The notes: generated from the letters alone by a model not told the origin. Shown: positions 29,744 to 41,868, numbered from the whole stretch's first letter. The stretch: DNA of 63,811 nt, filler included, from Lenisia limosa (GCA_001655205.1; 10 parts of 10 records of this genome joined end to end with filler, not necessarily neighbours in it), one strand, 5' to 3'. Made by a program: numbers and translations.

Positions 29744-31646
29744 ATGTCTCACGACGAGCAAGTTATTGGCGCGCTAGGTGGGTGGTCTTCTATTTCGTCT
29801 TACACCTATGAATGCTATAAATTTCAATTTAAATGGACAAAATGGAACTTTACATGCCAAATCTCCTCTAACCGCCCTTTTCACAATCTTCACGATTTTC
29901 CTCTTATAATCTCTTGGATATGAAGCATGGTGACATTGTTTTCTGCGTTAAATTATTCCATATATTGATTCATGATTAAAGCGCCTTTATAAGTGCAGTT
30001 GGTATTCGGTTTCTTGCACTTTTCACGTGGGTTATTAATGATGTACTATTCTCCTCTTTCTGTGTTTCCTTCTAAGTGTCACAAAGTGAAGCTTTTCTTT
30101 TTTCTTTTTTATGAATGAAAATGAAAGACTCTGTTATCTGTGTTCACCCACTTGGCTGTTTTATCACACTAACACATACACACACACATAAATACAACAC
30201 ATGCACACACACTAGACACATATAAACACCCCCAATCACAACCTTGTTGTGTTAGATGGGGAAATACTATGATTTGTAAGTCAAATGATTGGTTGAATTT
30301 GTATGATATCCATAACCACTATCTCTTAAAAACGTGATAGTATGAGAGGCTTTGGTCGGGTACTATAATTCAATATTTCTTAGAAGCGTGATGGTATGAA
30401 AGGCTTTGGTCCCTTTTTTTTATGTGTATCTTGGAGTGATGGGATGCGGTGCTGTAGAAGCGACTGGCCTGGACTTTGTTTGTTGTGTTGTCAGCAACCT
30501 TCGTGTTTTCAGCCAACATAGTTAATTTGGGTTATTTTCATAACCCCCCCCCCCATAGCTGGAGGCAGTCGCCCCCTGAGTTTCGAGGAGCTTCTTGAAA
30601 GGGAACTTCAGAGGGAATCCGGCGGCGGACAGGCATATGACCTAGCCCCCTCGGCCCCGACCAAACCGGTGCGGGGTTATTTGAGGGTTACAAGAATGAT
30701 GATACACTAAAAGCGTGTTACTGTATGATAATACTCTATTTGGGGATTACAAGAATGATGATTTTAGACTAAAGACATGTTGTATAGTACATGATAAATA
30801 CTCTGATATGAGATTTCGATAGATTATAGTAAATAATACTATGTGATAAATATACGCAATTGGTATAGTGGATTTTGTTGAGCCGTATCATCGGGTGGGG
30901 GACACCCATACCCCATTATGTATGATATATTTTTTCCAATAAAAACTGTTTTAAAAAACAAAAAACAAAAAACAAATATCCTACTAATTGGTGGCTTCCT
31001 TACATTCCAATTTTTCTCACCCCTCCCCCCAGGTATATAGAGCCGCAGACGAACCAGTTCCCACACACAACAGTGATGATGACCTTTTTGAGGAGGACTT
31101 GAACCAAAGTGGGGGGGGGGGGNNNNNNNNNNNNNNNNNNNNNNNNNNNNNNNNNNNNNNNNNNNNNNNNNNNNNNNNNNNNNNNNNNNNNNNNNNNNNN
31201 NNNNNNNNTTGGATACTATAATTCTTCATATCCAAACACAGCTTTATAGAGTATTACGAATTAAACTCAGGGTGGTGTTCTTCCTATTATTATTTATAGG
31301 GCTTCGAAAAAGACCGTTTAAATTTCGATATTTATCGAGGATTTATCGAGAGATTCAGTCTTTTTTGGACCGTAGGGAAGCCCTAATTATATATGATATA
31401 TTTATATACTATCTAATGTTTGTCCTGACCCCACCCATGTAATATATACGATATACTATATCTATATGTATATAAAATGTATACCTTGCATCTGAGCCCG
31501 CACCCCACATAGCTTTTTTGGAAAATAAGTATTATGTGTATACGTATACGACCACCCTCACTATTCAGACGACACCTTTGCTGATGATTTCGAAGCTGAT
31601 GAAGAAGAACATATCAGCGTGCCTTATGATAAGAGTTTGCAGGGGT
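29744..31646 (+). CDS. 5' part of an acidic hypothetical protein; weak resemblance to SAS-4/CPAP
   Basis: Phase-compatible exons give MSHDEQVIGAL/AGGSRPLSFEELLERELQRE, followed by acidic exons. The PFLKRG motif of CPAP was not seen. Confidence 0.45.
30441..30535 (+). repeat. Family C interspersed repeat (~95 bp)
   Basis: gggatgcggtgctgtagaagcgactggcctggactttgtttg...cagccaaca...ttggg. Also at 41001-41050 and 63340-63425, and on the minus strand at 49170-49255, 59425-59456 and 59780-59837. Confidence 0.78.
31297..31385. mobile_element. Family A MITE
   Basis: tagggcttc...gtagggaagcccta; TSD attattta/attatata. Confidence 0.88.
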
Positions 31647-32129
31647 TGGTTCTTTGTTAAAGCGTGATGGTGAAGACTGCTTCGGCCAGATACTATACTA
31701 CGATATCTCTTATAAGCGTGATGGTGTAGGCAGCTTCGGCCAGATAAAAACTAGTTTTATTTCTCATCTCTCTTGTACCCCCCCNNNNNNNNNNNNNNNN
31801 NNNNNNNNNNNNNNNNNNNNNNNNNNNNTTAATTAATTAANNNNNNNNNNNNNNNNNNNNNNNNNNNNNNNNNNNNNNNNNNNNAACATAAAATAGAGAA
31901 ATAGAAATAAAACAAGGTTGTACCTGACCGAAACCATCCACAAAATCCGTCTTTTTATAGACCATAATGAAGCGTGAAAACCACAGCATTTACATTGAAA
32001 TTCTCTCTTTTTGGACCAAAATGAATTATCGAGAAATTCAGACTTTTTTCGAACCGATGAGGTACCAAATGTGTACTTTGTCTTATATTTCATAAATTGA
32101 TATAATATTCAACATTAGTATTCCCAAAA

Positions 32130-35100
32130 AAACCCCACGGGTCTTGACGGCGGCTGGCTCAGGTCCAACAGAGACTCGCCGTTACCGTAACGCACAACAT
32201 TGTCATAGGCCTTCATTTCCAACCCCTGGTGATTGTCAGACATGGAGAAGGTTTCCTTATGGCCAGAACAATATATCGAGATAGGTATCAACTATATCGA
32301 TTTTAATCTATCAAATCAGTCAAACTCTTCTTCATACTCTTAAATTGTAAATTGCGTGATTCAATTTCCTTACTAAGCTAAGTGTACTTAACTACAAAGA
32401 AAAAACAAGGTTGTATTTGGCCAAAGCCGTCCACACTATCATGCTTATAAGAGATATTGGATTATAGTATCTGACCGAAGCCGTCTACAACATCATGCTT
32501 ATAAGAGAATTGAATTATAGCATTTGGCCGAAGCCGTCCACACCATCAATCTATAGGAGGTGTTGAATTGTCTATGGAGAAGCTCTAGTCACAAGCTTAC
32601 TGAATTGGAGTAGTTCACGATCTCCTTGACAAACTGAAAAGTCAAATTTAAAGCCATTACAAATATTTCCCTCAAAAAAAGGGAATCCAAAATTTTCAGA
32701 AGAATCCCAATCCAATACGCAACCAGTTTTCACACCTATTATTGACATTCGTTGTTAGCACTTGTGCTATAATAATGGGTAAAAAAACTGCACAGCATCC
32801 ACGGCATAATCCCCACGTTATACCCCCCTCCAACAGTGTCGGTGTGGTCATCGAGGATCTCACGGATCTTATCAACGGTAATCGAAGAATACACTGTGTC
32901 AGCCTCAAGAAGCCCCAGGCTAGAGAATAACAAAATCTAATCTAACAATATGACTCGCAAAAATAAAGTACCACCATAGCAATGAAAATACTACTCTGAG
33001 AAATGACTCAGCAATAAAAAATAAGACCTGAACAACAATAACTAATACTATAAGAAATAACACAGCAATAAAAAATACATTTGCTATAAAAAAAAATGCT
33101 ACTCTAATATAAAAATAATACCATCTGAGCAGCCAATTTTTGCATTAATTCGTGAAGTATGAAAACAATAAGTCAGAAATTGCATTGAACAAAAGAAGAT
33201 TCCCTTGAATTGTAAATAAATTGATCTCAAAATAATAATGGAGACTCACATGTAAGCTGCCAGAATTGTGGTGTCTGTATCTTCGTAAATCGCCTTGGGT
33301 GTGAGGGCAACATAAGAGAAAGAACACAAAATAATCCCACATTTTGAAATATTAATTCAAGGATATCTTATTTGGGAGTAGCCTACTCTGACAAAGCGAC
33401 CATCTCCTACCCCTCAACCGTGTATTGAGCTTTACTTTATTCAAATATATCAATATTTTTCACCACTTCTTTGTCACTTTTGTTTTCCTGTCAATCTGCT
33501 ATTACATCTTCATTCATTATTTCGACCCGAAAGTTATCCATATGATCATATCACTAGTTAATATAGGGCAACATTGTAACAGTCATCGTAGTGTATATAG
33601 AGATGAGAAATAAAACAAGTTTGTATCTGGCCGAAGCCATCCATACCATCACGCTTATACGAGATATTTGATTGTAGAAAAATATCTGCCTTATAGTTTT
33701 GATCGTCGATTCCCTCAATTTCTGTTTTGATAAATACAAAAAAAAAACATGTATCTTCATTTCCCTCTCATATCATTGTTACTTCATGTTCCTTTCAATC
33801 CTATCATTGTACCGTACCTTCATTTCCCTCTCATATCATTGTTATTTCATGTTCCTTTCAATCCTATCATTGTACCGTACCTTCATTTCCCTCTGGATCC
33901 AGCGAAGAAGACGCTCACGGAATGTAGCGTTTCGACTCACATCCATTGGAGCTGAAAAGTAAAAAAAATGGTTTGTTTAAAAATGGATGGAATTATTGAA
34001 AAAAAACATATGAACGACTTTCAAGTCGTGATGAACAAAGAAAAAACGAGGGTTTACCCCAAGTGTATCAGAGTATCATTGAGACTTCTCGGTCAATTAT
34101 CATACGAGTGGACATGAGGTACCATATCATTGTGTGGAAATGAAAGTTCACACCTGTGAAAATGATCCAAAAAGTGCTATCATAACATGACTTTCTTATT
34201 CTCAAAACTACAAAACAACAGTTCATACAGCCGATATTTGCCCTTCTTGGTGGATTGATTGGAATCGTGTCTACAGGCATAGAGTTGAGTCCTCGAAAGT
34301 ATACTGCCCGTCGTCCTAGTATTGCCTAAAAAGGAAAGTCAATAATACCTTAAACGGAAAGTCAGTATTACTGAAAAAAGAAAGTCATTAATACCTAAAA
34401 AATAAAGATCAATCCACCTCCATCTTACCTGATCGGGGGCGGTGCGAGGATCAGTTGTTTGTCTCCTACATTGTGTCAACTTTGCTATTGTTCCAAAGGC
34501 ACTTGGCCTTAAGGGGTTGGGAATGTTGCAACCGAAAAAGTTCAACGACTGTGCTGAAAGAAAAGGTGTTAGAGGCTATTTGAACTGAAATAGGGATAAA
34601 TGAAGAAAAGTTGTCAAATTATTTTGCTGCGAATGTTTCCAGTGGCCAAGAACCGATCCTGTGCTCCGTGCAATAGAGAAATAAATTTCAAAAATAAAGA
34701 AAATTACTTAGAATTTTTTGTACAGTTTAAACGTCGGATCTTTATGATCTTAGTTTCAATAGACTTTTCTGCAAAAAAAACGTTTAAATAGAGCCAATTA
34801 ACTTCCTCAAAGAAAAATTAAATGCACGAAGTTCTCTTCAGAGTACCCTCTCTCAGTAATAGAAACTTAAAAATATATAAACTCATTGCTTTCTATACAC
34901 CCCACCCTTCTTAGGGCTTCACTTTCGTTCCAAAAAAGATCTCGATAAATCTTCGTTAAATATCGAAACTTAGTAAGTCTATTGGAACCGAAAGTGAACC
35001 ACTACTTCTTACTATTTCCCCACCTCCGCTGTCGTCGTACTCGGCTTGAACGTGAAAGGGACCCGGGTTCACTGAAGGAGTAAAAAACCACTTAGGGATC

Positions 35101-36756
35101 ACATAAAAAAAAACGGGTTCGCTATTTTTTGGTCGTTTATATGATTTGCAAAGGTAAAGATTCATTCCATTCAATGATATCTGGACTTATTAAGCCGTCC
35201 ACACCATCACGCTATAAGAGATATTTTATTTACCCAATCATATAACTTACAACTCCAACATAAATCATATTTACATGTCAATTAGTAGGAATGTCTGTAG
35301 GTGGGGTAGGTTTGAGCCCAAAAATATGACCCTAGTGAACACCTCATCTCCCCACTCGAGTTTTGGCAGAGTATACGTCATGAAGTCCTTCTTTGAGACA
35401 ATGGTGTGGATAAGGGAGGTGTAGGGGGTGCGACAAACCGGACAGTCTCGGTTCAAGTCAGACCATTGTAGAATACAGCTGAAACAGAAGTCGTCTGGAG
35501 AGTTATTGAGAGCAAGAATAACAATATGCATTTTTGATACATTACATTGAATCAACAAGGAATACAAAAAAAAACCTTTTCCAACTTATTGAAAACCCTT
35601 TATTCACCCTATGTGATAAAGGAGAGGACTTGTTCAACCAAAACACAAGAGCATTTTCCAACCATGCCGAAGAAAAGACTTTATACCCTTATTCAACATG
35701 CTTCAGATTTCGTTACCAAGCTTACGAAACCAATCATTCAACCAAGCCTCTTGGAAAACATGTATTCAAACAAGCTTATACATGCCCTTATTCAACCATA
35801 ACTTATAAAGTAGATGTTCGGCCAAGCTATTTCCAACCAAGCTTGCAAAAGCATTTCTTTAGCCTTATTCAGCATGCTTAAGTATTTTGTAGCCAAGATT
35901 AAAAAACACTTGTCTAACCAAGCTTACGAAAGCATTTGTTTAGCTTAGTCTTGTTGTCATGAGGCTCAAGACAAATAGCGCAATGATCCTCGTCTTCTTC
36001 CTGTTCACATGAATGCCAATTATTCAGGTTGACAGTAACTCCATACATATCCGGGGGTTTAAACACACATTACTACATAGCTATAACATACTTGAAAAGC
36101 ACAATATATTGTTCACTACTAGAAATGAGTAATACAATATTAAACTTATTACAAGATTAAGTACAAGTGAAACCTATCATGTCTATTATAGAAACGATAT
36201 TCCAGCTTCAAATTATTAGTTTTAACTATATGTTTAAAAAACCAGTGTTAACTCATTCTTGAGGCAACTATTTGGCTACAAAACTGAATCCCTGATCAAT
36301 TTGACACTATCCAAATACACTTGGAAGCCAATTCAAAAGAAGAAAAAAATCTCGATTTGACTCAACAAATCAAGGGCAAACCGTCTTTTGGGGAGCTTTC
36401 TTCTTTGCATCTGAAGTCTTTGACAACGAAGGAGTTTCCTAAAATTCCATTATTCATGATTTCTTGGCAAGACCAAAAAAAAGGCTCATTTTGCACTTAA
36501 CAGGCCACACTATATCTCAGCTTTGTATTAAGATAAAGAGAGAGGGGGGTAAACGTCCCTCTTGAAGAAGACGGGGATAACTGTTACAAAATGAGCTAAA
36601 TACAGGCTTGAAAGAGACTTTAAAAAAACAACACTAGAAGACTGATGGTAAATGGACAACTTTAATACAATAACTGCACCAAGCTTCGATTTTGCATCTT
36701 ACCAGTAGCTGATCATTGATGGGGGAAGCTGATGATGGTGATGGCGGTTCGGCCAT
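32130..36756 (-). CDS. TOPORS-like C3HC4 RING E3 ligase (3' end runs off the contig)
   Basis: CAICLEPHDNKTKLNKCF/HDFCFSCILQWSDLNRDCPVCRTPYTSLIHTIVSKKDFMTYTL, then RRAVYFRGL, RERLLRWIQREMK and LEMKAYDNVVRY, which follow the order of conserved TOPORS blocks. Confidence 0.8.
32399..32555 (+). repeat. Family B interspersed repeat, ~60-bp unit in about 3 tandem copies
   Basis: aaacaaggttgtat(ttggccaaagccgtccacactatcatgcttataagagatattggattatagta)n. Other copies at ~41-66, 2385-2420, 2660, 25740-25775, 28675-28710, 30333-30410, 31659-31772, 31897-31940, 33598-33680, 35190-35240 and 49495-49570. Confidence 0.8.
33755..33894. repeat. 63-bp tandem repeat spanning an exon/intron junction
   Basis: cttcatttccctct starts at 33755, 33818 and 33881. 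Confidence 0.92.
34912..35004. mobile_element. Family A MITE in a TOPORS-like intron
   Basis: tagggcttcactttcgttcc...ggaaccgaaagtgaaccacta; TSD not clear. Confidence 0.8.
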
Positions 36757-37065
36757 GGTGATATGATGAGAGATGATCAACTTAAGACATTGCGCATTCT
36801 ACTTGTCTTGAGAACTCTCCGCTCCGCATATTAGTTCTGTTGACTGTAGTTGTTATGATTTCAATATACTGCTGTTCTGCTGTTTTGGATTTGGTTTTCA
36901 CCAATTTTTTGCTAATATCTTGGACCAGTGTTTATACTTGACGACATCATCAGCGATCTAATTCCAATAGCTTCTATTTGCTGTGTTTTAATTCGCACAC
37001 GAACAAACACTTTAATACAAAAACGCGAAATCAGAAATATCTCTTCACTTAATCGAACTTATCAA

Positions 37066-39569
37066 ATGGGGAAAGCCTTACCCACAACATGCCCTTCTGA
37101 GGCTTCTTCTCCTGCAGAACGTGATACTTTAACTCCACAATGTCAACCTCCGACGCAGATTCACTCTCACGAGGTAACCTCGCGCTTTGGATTTCCATTT
37201 TACTATTTCAGGAAGATCATCCCGGTGTGATAATAACTCGACCCAGAGGAACCAAGGTAGGTTTCTTTTGCTTTATTTGGATGATAATAATTATATAAAA
37301 GTGGAATACCGCACATTCTATTGGAAATCTCCGTCAGAACCCGTGACTTCCCCTTCAGGCAAGAATGTTGCACTTCCGTCAGCAGCTTAAGCGCGAATGG
37401 GTCTATTTGAAGTTGTATTGGTTCTGGATCGCTTTTGGGTTTGTTGGACTGACCTTTATATTATTATAATGAATAAATAGTGCGATGGGTTGGCGTTGTT
37501 TTTCTCTTCGCGCTAATGATGATATTCTGTTTTCGTATTTCCGGTTTTGGAATGTGATATCGGATGGTTTCCGTTTGTTAACCGAACCAGATTATTTACG
37601 ATTGCCGTCCACAACGTCTCCACCAATGTAGTCTACAATCTCAGCAAACCGCAAGCTGGCCTTAGGGACATAGGTTTTGAGGTTTGTGGAAACTCAACAA
37701 TTCCGGTTTTCTTCGCAGAAGGTAATAGCTCCATAGGCTTACCGCTTAGCTTCTACCGGACTTAGACAAGTCATGGGATCCGATTTCGACAGTTAGTGGA
37801 GTGTACATTTTCGAACATAAAGAATACGTTTTTGTCGTTTCTAAATGTGAGAAACGACTGTCACATTTTTTTCAGCAGCGTTTTTTCTTCTAACAACGCA
37901 TGACCCTCGTCAGAGACGAATTCGATTTTTACCATTGTAGCTGTTCTTTATGTCACTCTGGGTGTGGGGATTACTTGTGATGGCATATCCTCTTTTTGCG
38001 TTAGTGGGCATGCTGAGTGCGCTCCATGTTTCAATGCTTATAAACTATTTCAGAACTCGTAGAGATGGGAAATATATAAATTATCTTTTTGCCTAAAGAA
38101 TATTAAAATTGGTGGGATCTGACACATTAAGGCTGATAGAAGATATTAATTATATGATCTGGCTGATAGGAGATATTGATTCTAAGATCTGACCCGAAGA
38201 CATAATATCATGGGTATGAATATTGGATTATTTATAATAATTGTAGTGTTGAAATGTAATTTGCCAAAGAGTTCTTTGATTCACAAGATGGTTACATTCG
38301 GGCCTTTTTTCGTCTTTGAAACCCTGATTAATAGACCATTTAAACTGCGACATTTTTAATCTGACACGTTATTTTTAAGTATTATTATTTCTTGAAAAAA
38401 TTATCCCAACCTTTTCACTGAAATAGGGCCTCAAAAGAGAGTAGTGTTATTATGACTCGACGATTCTTTGTTACCTATGGAATCTGCATCATTTTTCGAT
38501 GCGTTTCATTCTTGGTGGGTCATGGTTTCGCTTATGTTAGGAATATGAGTATTACAGCTAAGTGAAATGACACATATTTTATAATATTGACAGATGGAAA
38601 ATAATGATTTTTAGAGCACTATTCTTCCGTCCCCCCATCCCCATTGCGGTCCCGGCACGCATAAATTCGACAAGCCAACAGGATTAGAAATGTGGGTCTT
38701 TCCTAAAACTGTCCACTCCTGAGGTTAATCGTATATAAGAACAGTTAAGGACTCACACGTTAAGTAATTCAATTCATTACTAAATTACATCTAAAATACA
38801 TGAAAAATGCTAAATATCATATGAAAATAATTGTCACATACATCAAACATATTCGGTTATATGAGGCTGACAATTAAAAAAACATATTGGTGTTATAAAG
38901 TAAATTGCTGATTCTCAAATGTCCTAAGATCTGTCTTCTCATTTATTCACAAAACAGTGTAAATTTGTTTACAAAGCTAACCGAAATTTCACTCTACAGC
39001 ATAACGCGCGTTGACGCCACCGATGGATGCGGCGATCTCATCTTCAGCGGCCACACCACCATCAGCATCTGCTTCATCTGCATAGTGTTTCGATATGGCT
39101 ACCAGCTTCCCCTCTTAAACAGAATCCGATATTTGGTGAGTTTGGAACTACAATGCTGACTTTTTGAAATGAACCTCATTCAAGCTGATTTTTTTTAGAT
39201 TTTGGTGTTTTTCACCATTTTAATTTTCTTCATCATTTCGCTGCATCGCCATTATACTGTGGACATTATTGTGGCGCTTTATGTGGTACCAGCATACTTT
39301 ATTGTACTGGAGAAGTATATTCCCGATCCCAAGTAAGCTGTTTTTGGGAGTCATTCTAAGATCTCAGTTCAGTTCTTTATTGTTATAAGACTCTTATTAT
39401 AAGCTTGATGGTGTATTGACGTCTTCGCCAAATGCAACCTTGTTTTATTTCATCTCCATACATACTATATGATCTATGATCTAAACAATTCAGGATCGAC
39501 CACTTCCTGAAACCTGAAACACCCATGGCATCAAACAACCTCGAACCCGTACCGCACGTGTCCATCTAA
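37066..39569 (+). CDS. Sphingomyelin/inositol-phosphorylceramide synthase-like (PAP2 superfamily)
   Basis: Motifs LRDIGFE, LPSPHPHC, CGDLIFSGHT and HRHYTVDIIVALY; stop TAA at 39567-39569. Confidence 0.88.
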
Positions 39570-40151
39570 AACTGCTCGAAAAGTCTTGTGTGAAGACTCG
39601 CTTTTGAGTGGAAAGCTATTATTTGTTCTATTCTAGCATATCGTTTCGATATAATATATATTATTGTCCTATTTGTACCAATGTGGGAATGCCAGGAAGG
39701 AAATTAAATAATCTAGGGCTAAATATAGATCTTTGGGATCAGGGGACGGTCATGACTGGTACATGGGAGTGACGAAGGAGATAGGAAGTTAACGGTCCAA
39801 TTTGGGGTGGTGACGGCCTGGGTGTTTATGATCTCAAGAAAATACAATAAATAAAAACCATGGATATAAAATAATAAAATGATTCACCTTATCCGTGTCA
39901 CCTTGGTCAGAAAATAGACATGATTTCTCGACAAATCCCCAAATGAATCGATATTATATCGGTCATTTTCGGAGCAAAGGGAATCCGAAGTAAAGATTCC
40001 CATGAAATGTTGAAACTTTAAGAAAAAAATATAGTCAACCATAAAGAATGTNNNNNNNNNNNNNNNNNNNNNNNNNNNNNNNNNNNNNNNNNNNNTTAAT
40101 TAATTAANNNNNNNNNNNNNNNNNNNNNNNNNNNNNNNNNNNNNNNNNNNN

Positions 40152-41768
40152 GATGAGGACGATGAGCCAACCAAAGCACCTATCAAACCCGTGGAGTATA
40201 CTCTCCAAGGTCTGCAGATAAGTAGTGACAGAAGAAATTGTGAAAGAAATACCAACTGAAGAAGTAGTAGAAGAAACAACTGCGGTGACTTTGGCTGGAA
40301 TCTACTTAGGGTTTCACTTCGGTTCAAAAAGACCGGTAAAATATCGATAATTTCTTGAGTTTATCGAGAAATTCAGTCTTTTTTCGAACCGAAGTGAAGG
40401 CCTAAGTATAGTGTATACAACCTACCTCTCCTTTTCAGAATAATTGACACTTCAGATAACGATGAAGAAGATGAAGATGAAGATGATGAAGAAGAAGAAG
40501 AAGAGGTATGAGTAGGGCCTCCCTATGTCACAAAAAAGACTGCATTTCTCGATAAATCCTCGATACATATCGATATTTTACTGGTCTTTTTCGGACCTTA
40601 GGGGCCTAGGTATGCTGGAGACGAAGTGATAAGATTCGCCCTTCCAACTCCTAGTTCTCTAAAACTTGTATTTGCAGTATTTCATGGATGTAGCGAGTTT
40701 TCAAGCCTCGAAAGGTGGAGGAGGACCCCCTATTTGACCTTGAATTCGGCAAGATGTCGGAAGTGAACGTTAACCGACGAGTGAGGGGGAGGAGGGGAGG
40801 TCGTCGGGACCTTTGATGGCGTTCCTATCAACGTTAGGAGGGCATGGAAAGGCGGGTATGACGTCAGTAGGGGAGGTAGCAACAAAGGGTAATGAGGACC
40901 TATAGCGAATGTTATTGCTATTATTTTGGAGCCCCCCCGCTGAGTTGATTTGAGGCTTTTTTGATGTTCCATAAATGTTCCTTGTTAACCCCCCCCCCCT
41001 GGGATGCGGTGCTACAGAAACGACTGGCCTGAACAGAGTTGATTTTGGCCTTTTTTGTTAATAAATTTTCCAATTTTACTCCCCCCCCCCCTAGACGGAC
41101 CGAAATGATGGCATTGTCATCCCCACCAAAATTCTCAGCATGGCGAGGGAGCACTGTGGGGGGGGGGTAATGATTAGGGCTTCACTTCGGTTCAAAAAAA
41201 AGTCTGAATGTCTCGATAAATCCTCGACAACTATCGATATTTTTCCAGTATTTTTCGAACCGAAGTGAAGCCCTAGTAATGACGGGTTATATCATAACAG
41301 AATATTTTTTTCAGGGGGGGGTTTCCCACCTCCCCAACCTTCAAGTCAATAAAGCACCTAATTTCTATTCACCTCCTCATTTTCCCATTATTTTCCCATT
41401 TTCCCTTCATTTCCCCTTCTTTTCCGCTTCATTTCCCCCTTCATTTTCCCTTCATCTTTCCTTCATTTTCCCTTTCCTGAGCCCTTCAGCTCCTTAGTAG
41501 CTCTTTAACTCTTTTCCTTCCCTCATACAACATTGTTTTATGAACAAGAAAATAGATCAAAATCCAGGGAAACATAAAAGTACATAAGGATACCATAAAC
41601 AAATCTAGAGAAACATAAAAATTCATAAGGATACGTAAACAAATCTAGAAAAACGTTAAAATACATAGGAATACCATAAACAAATCCTCATACAGCAGAC
41701 GAAGACGACAATGATAATGATGACGATATGGAGGAGGAAGTTGAGGCAAAGCCAATGAAAATGATGAC
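40152..41768 (+). CDS. Fragment of a highly acidic protein
   Basis: Exons DEDDEPTKAPIKPVE..., DNDEEDEDEDDEEEEEE and DEDDNDNDDDMEEEVEAKPMKM separated by MITE-containing introns. Confidence 0.5.
40307..40608. mobile_element. Two family A MITEs (40307-40404 and 40513-40608)
   Basis: Both have full terminal inverted repeats (TIRs); the second has TSD ggtatgag/ggtatgct overlapping a splice donor. Confidence 0.9.
41175..41275. mobile_element. Family A MITE, near consensus
   Basis: tagggcttcacttcggttc...gaaccgaagtgaagcccta; TSD gtaatgat/gtaatgac. Confidence 0.93.
41558..41690. repeat. ~41-bp degenerate tandem repeat x3 (intronic)
   Basis: aaatctagagaaacataaaa..cataaggatac(c)ataaac repeated. Confidence 0.75.
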
Positions 41769-41868
41769 NNNNNNNNNNNNNNNNNNNNNNNNNNNNNNNN
41801 NNNNNNNNNNNNTTAATTAATTAANNNNNNNNNNNNNNNNNNNNNNNNNNNNNNNNNNNNNNNNNNNN

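Noticed and set aside
30441-30460. Family C start GGATGCG resembling the 5' end of 5S rRNA
   Set aside because: Only 7 nt match; no 5S internal boxes or structure were recognised.
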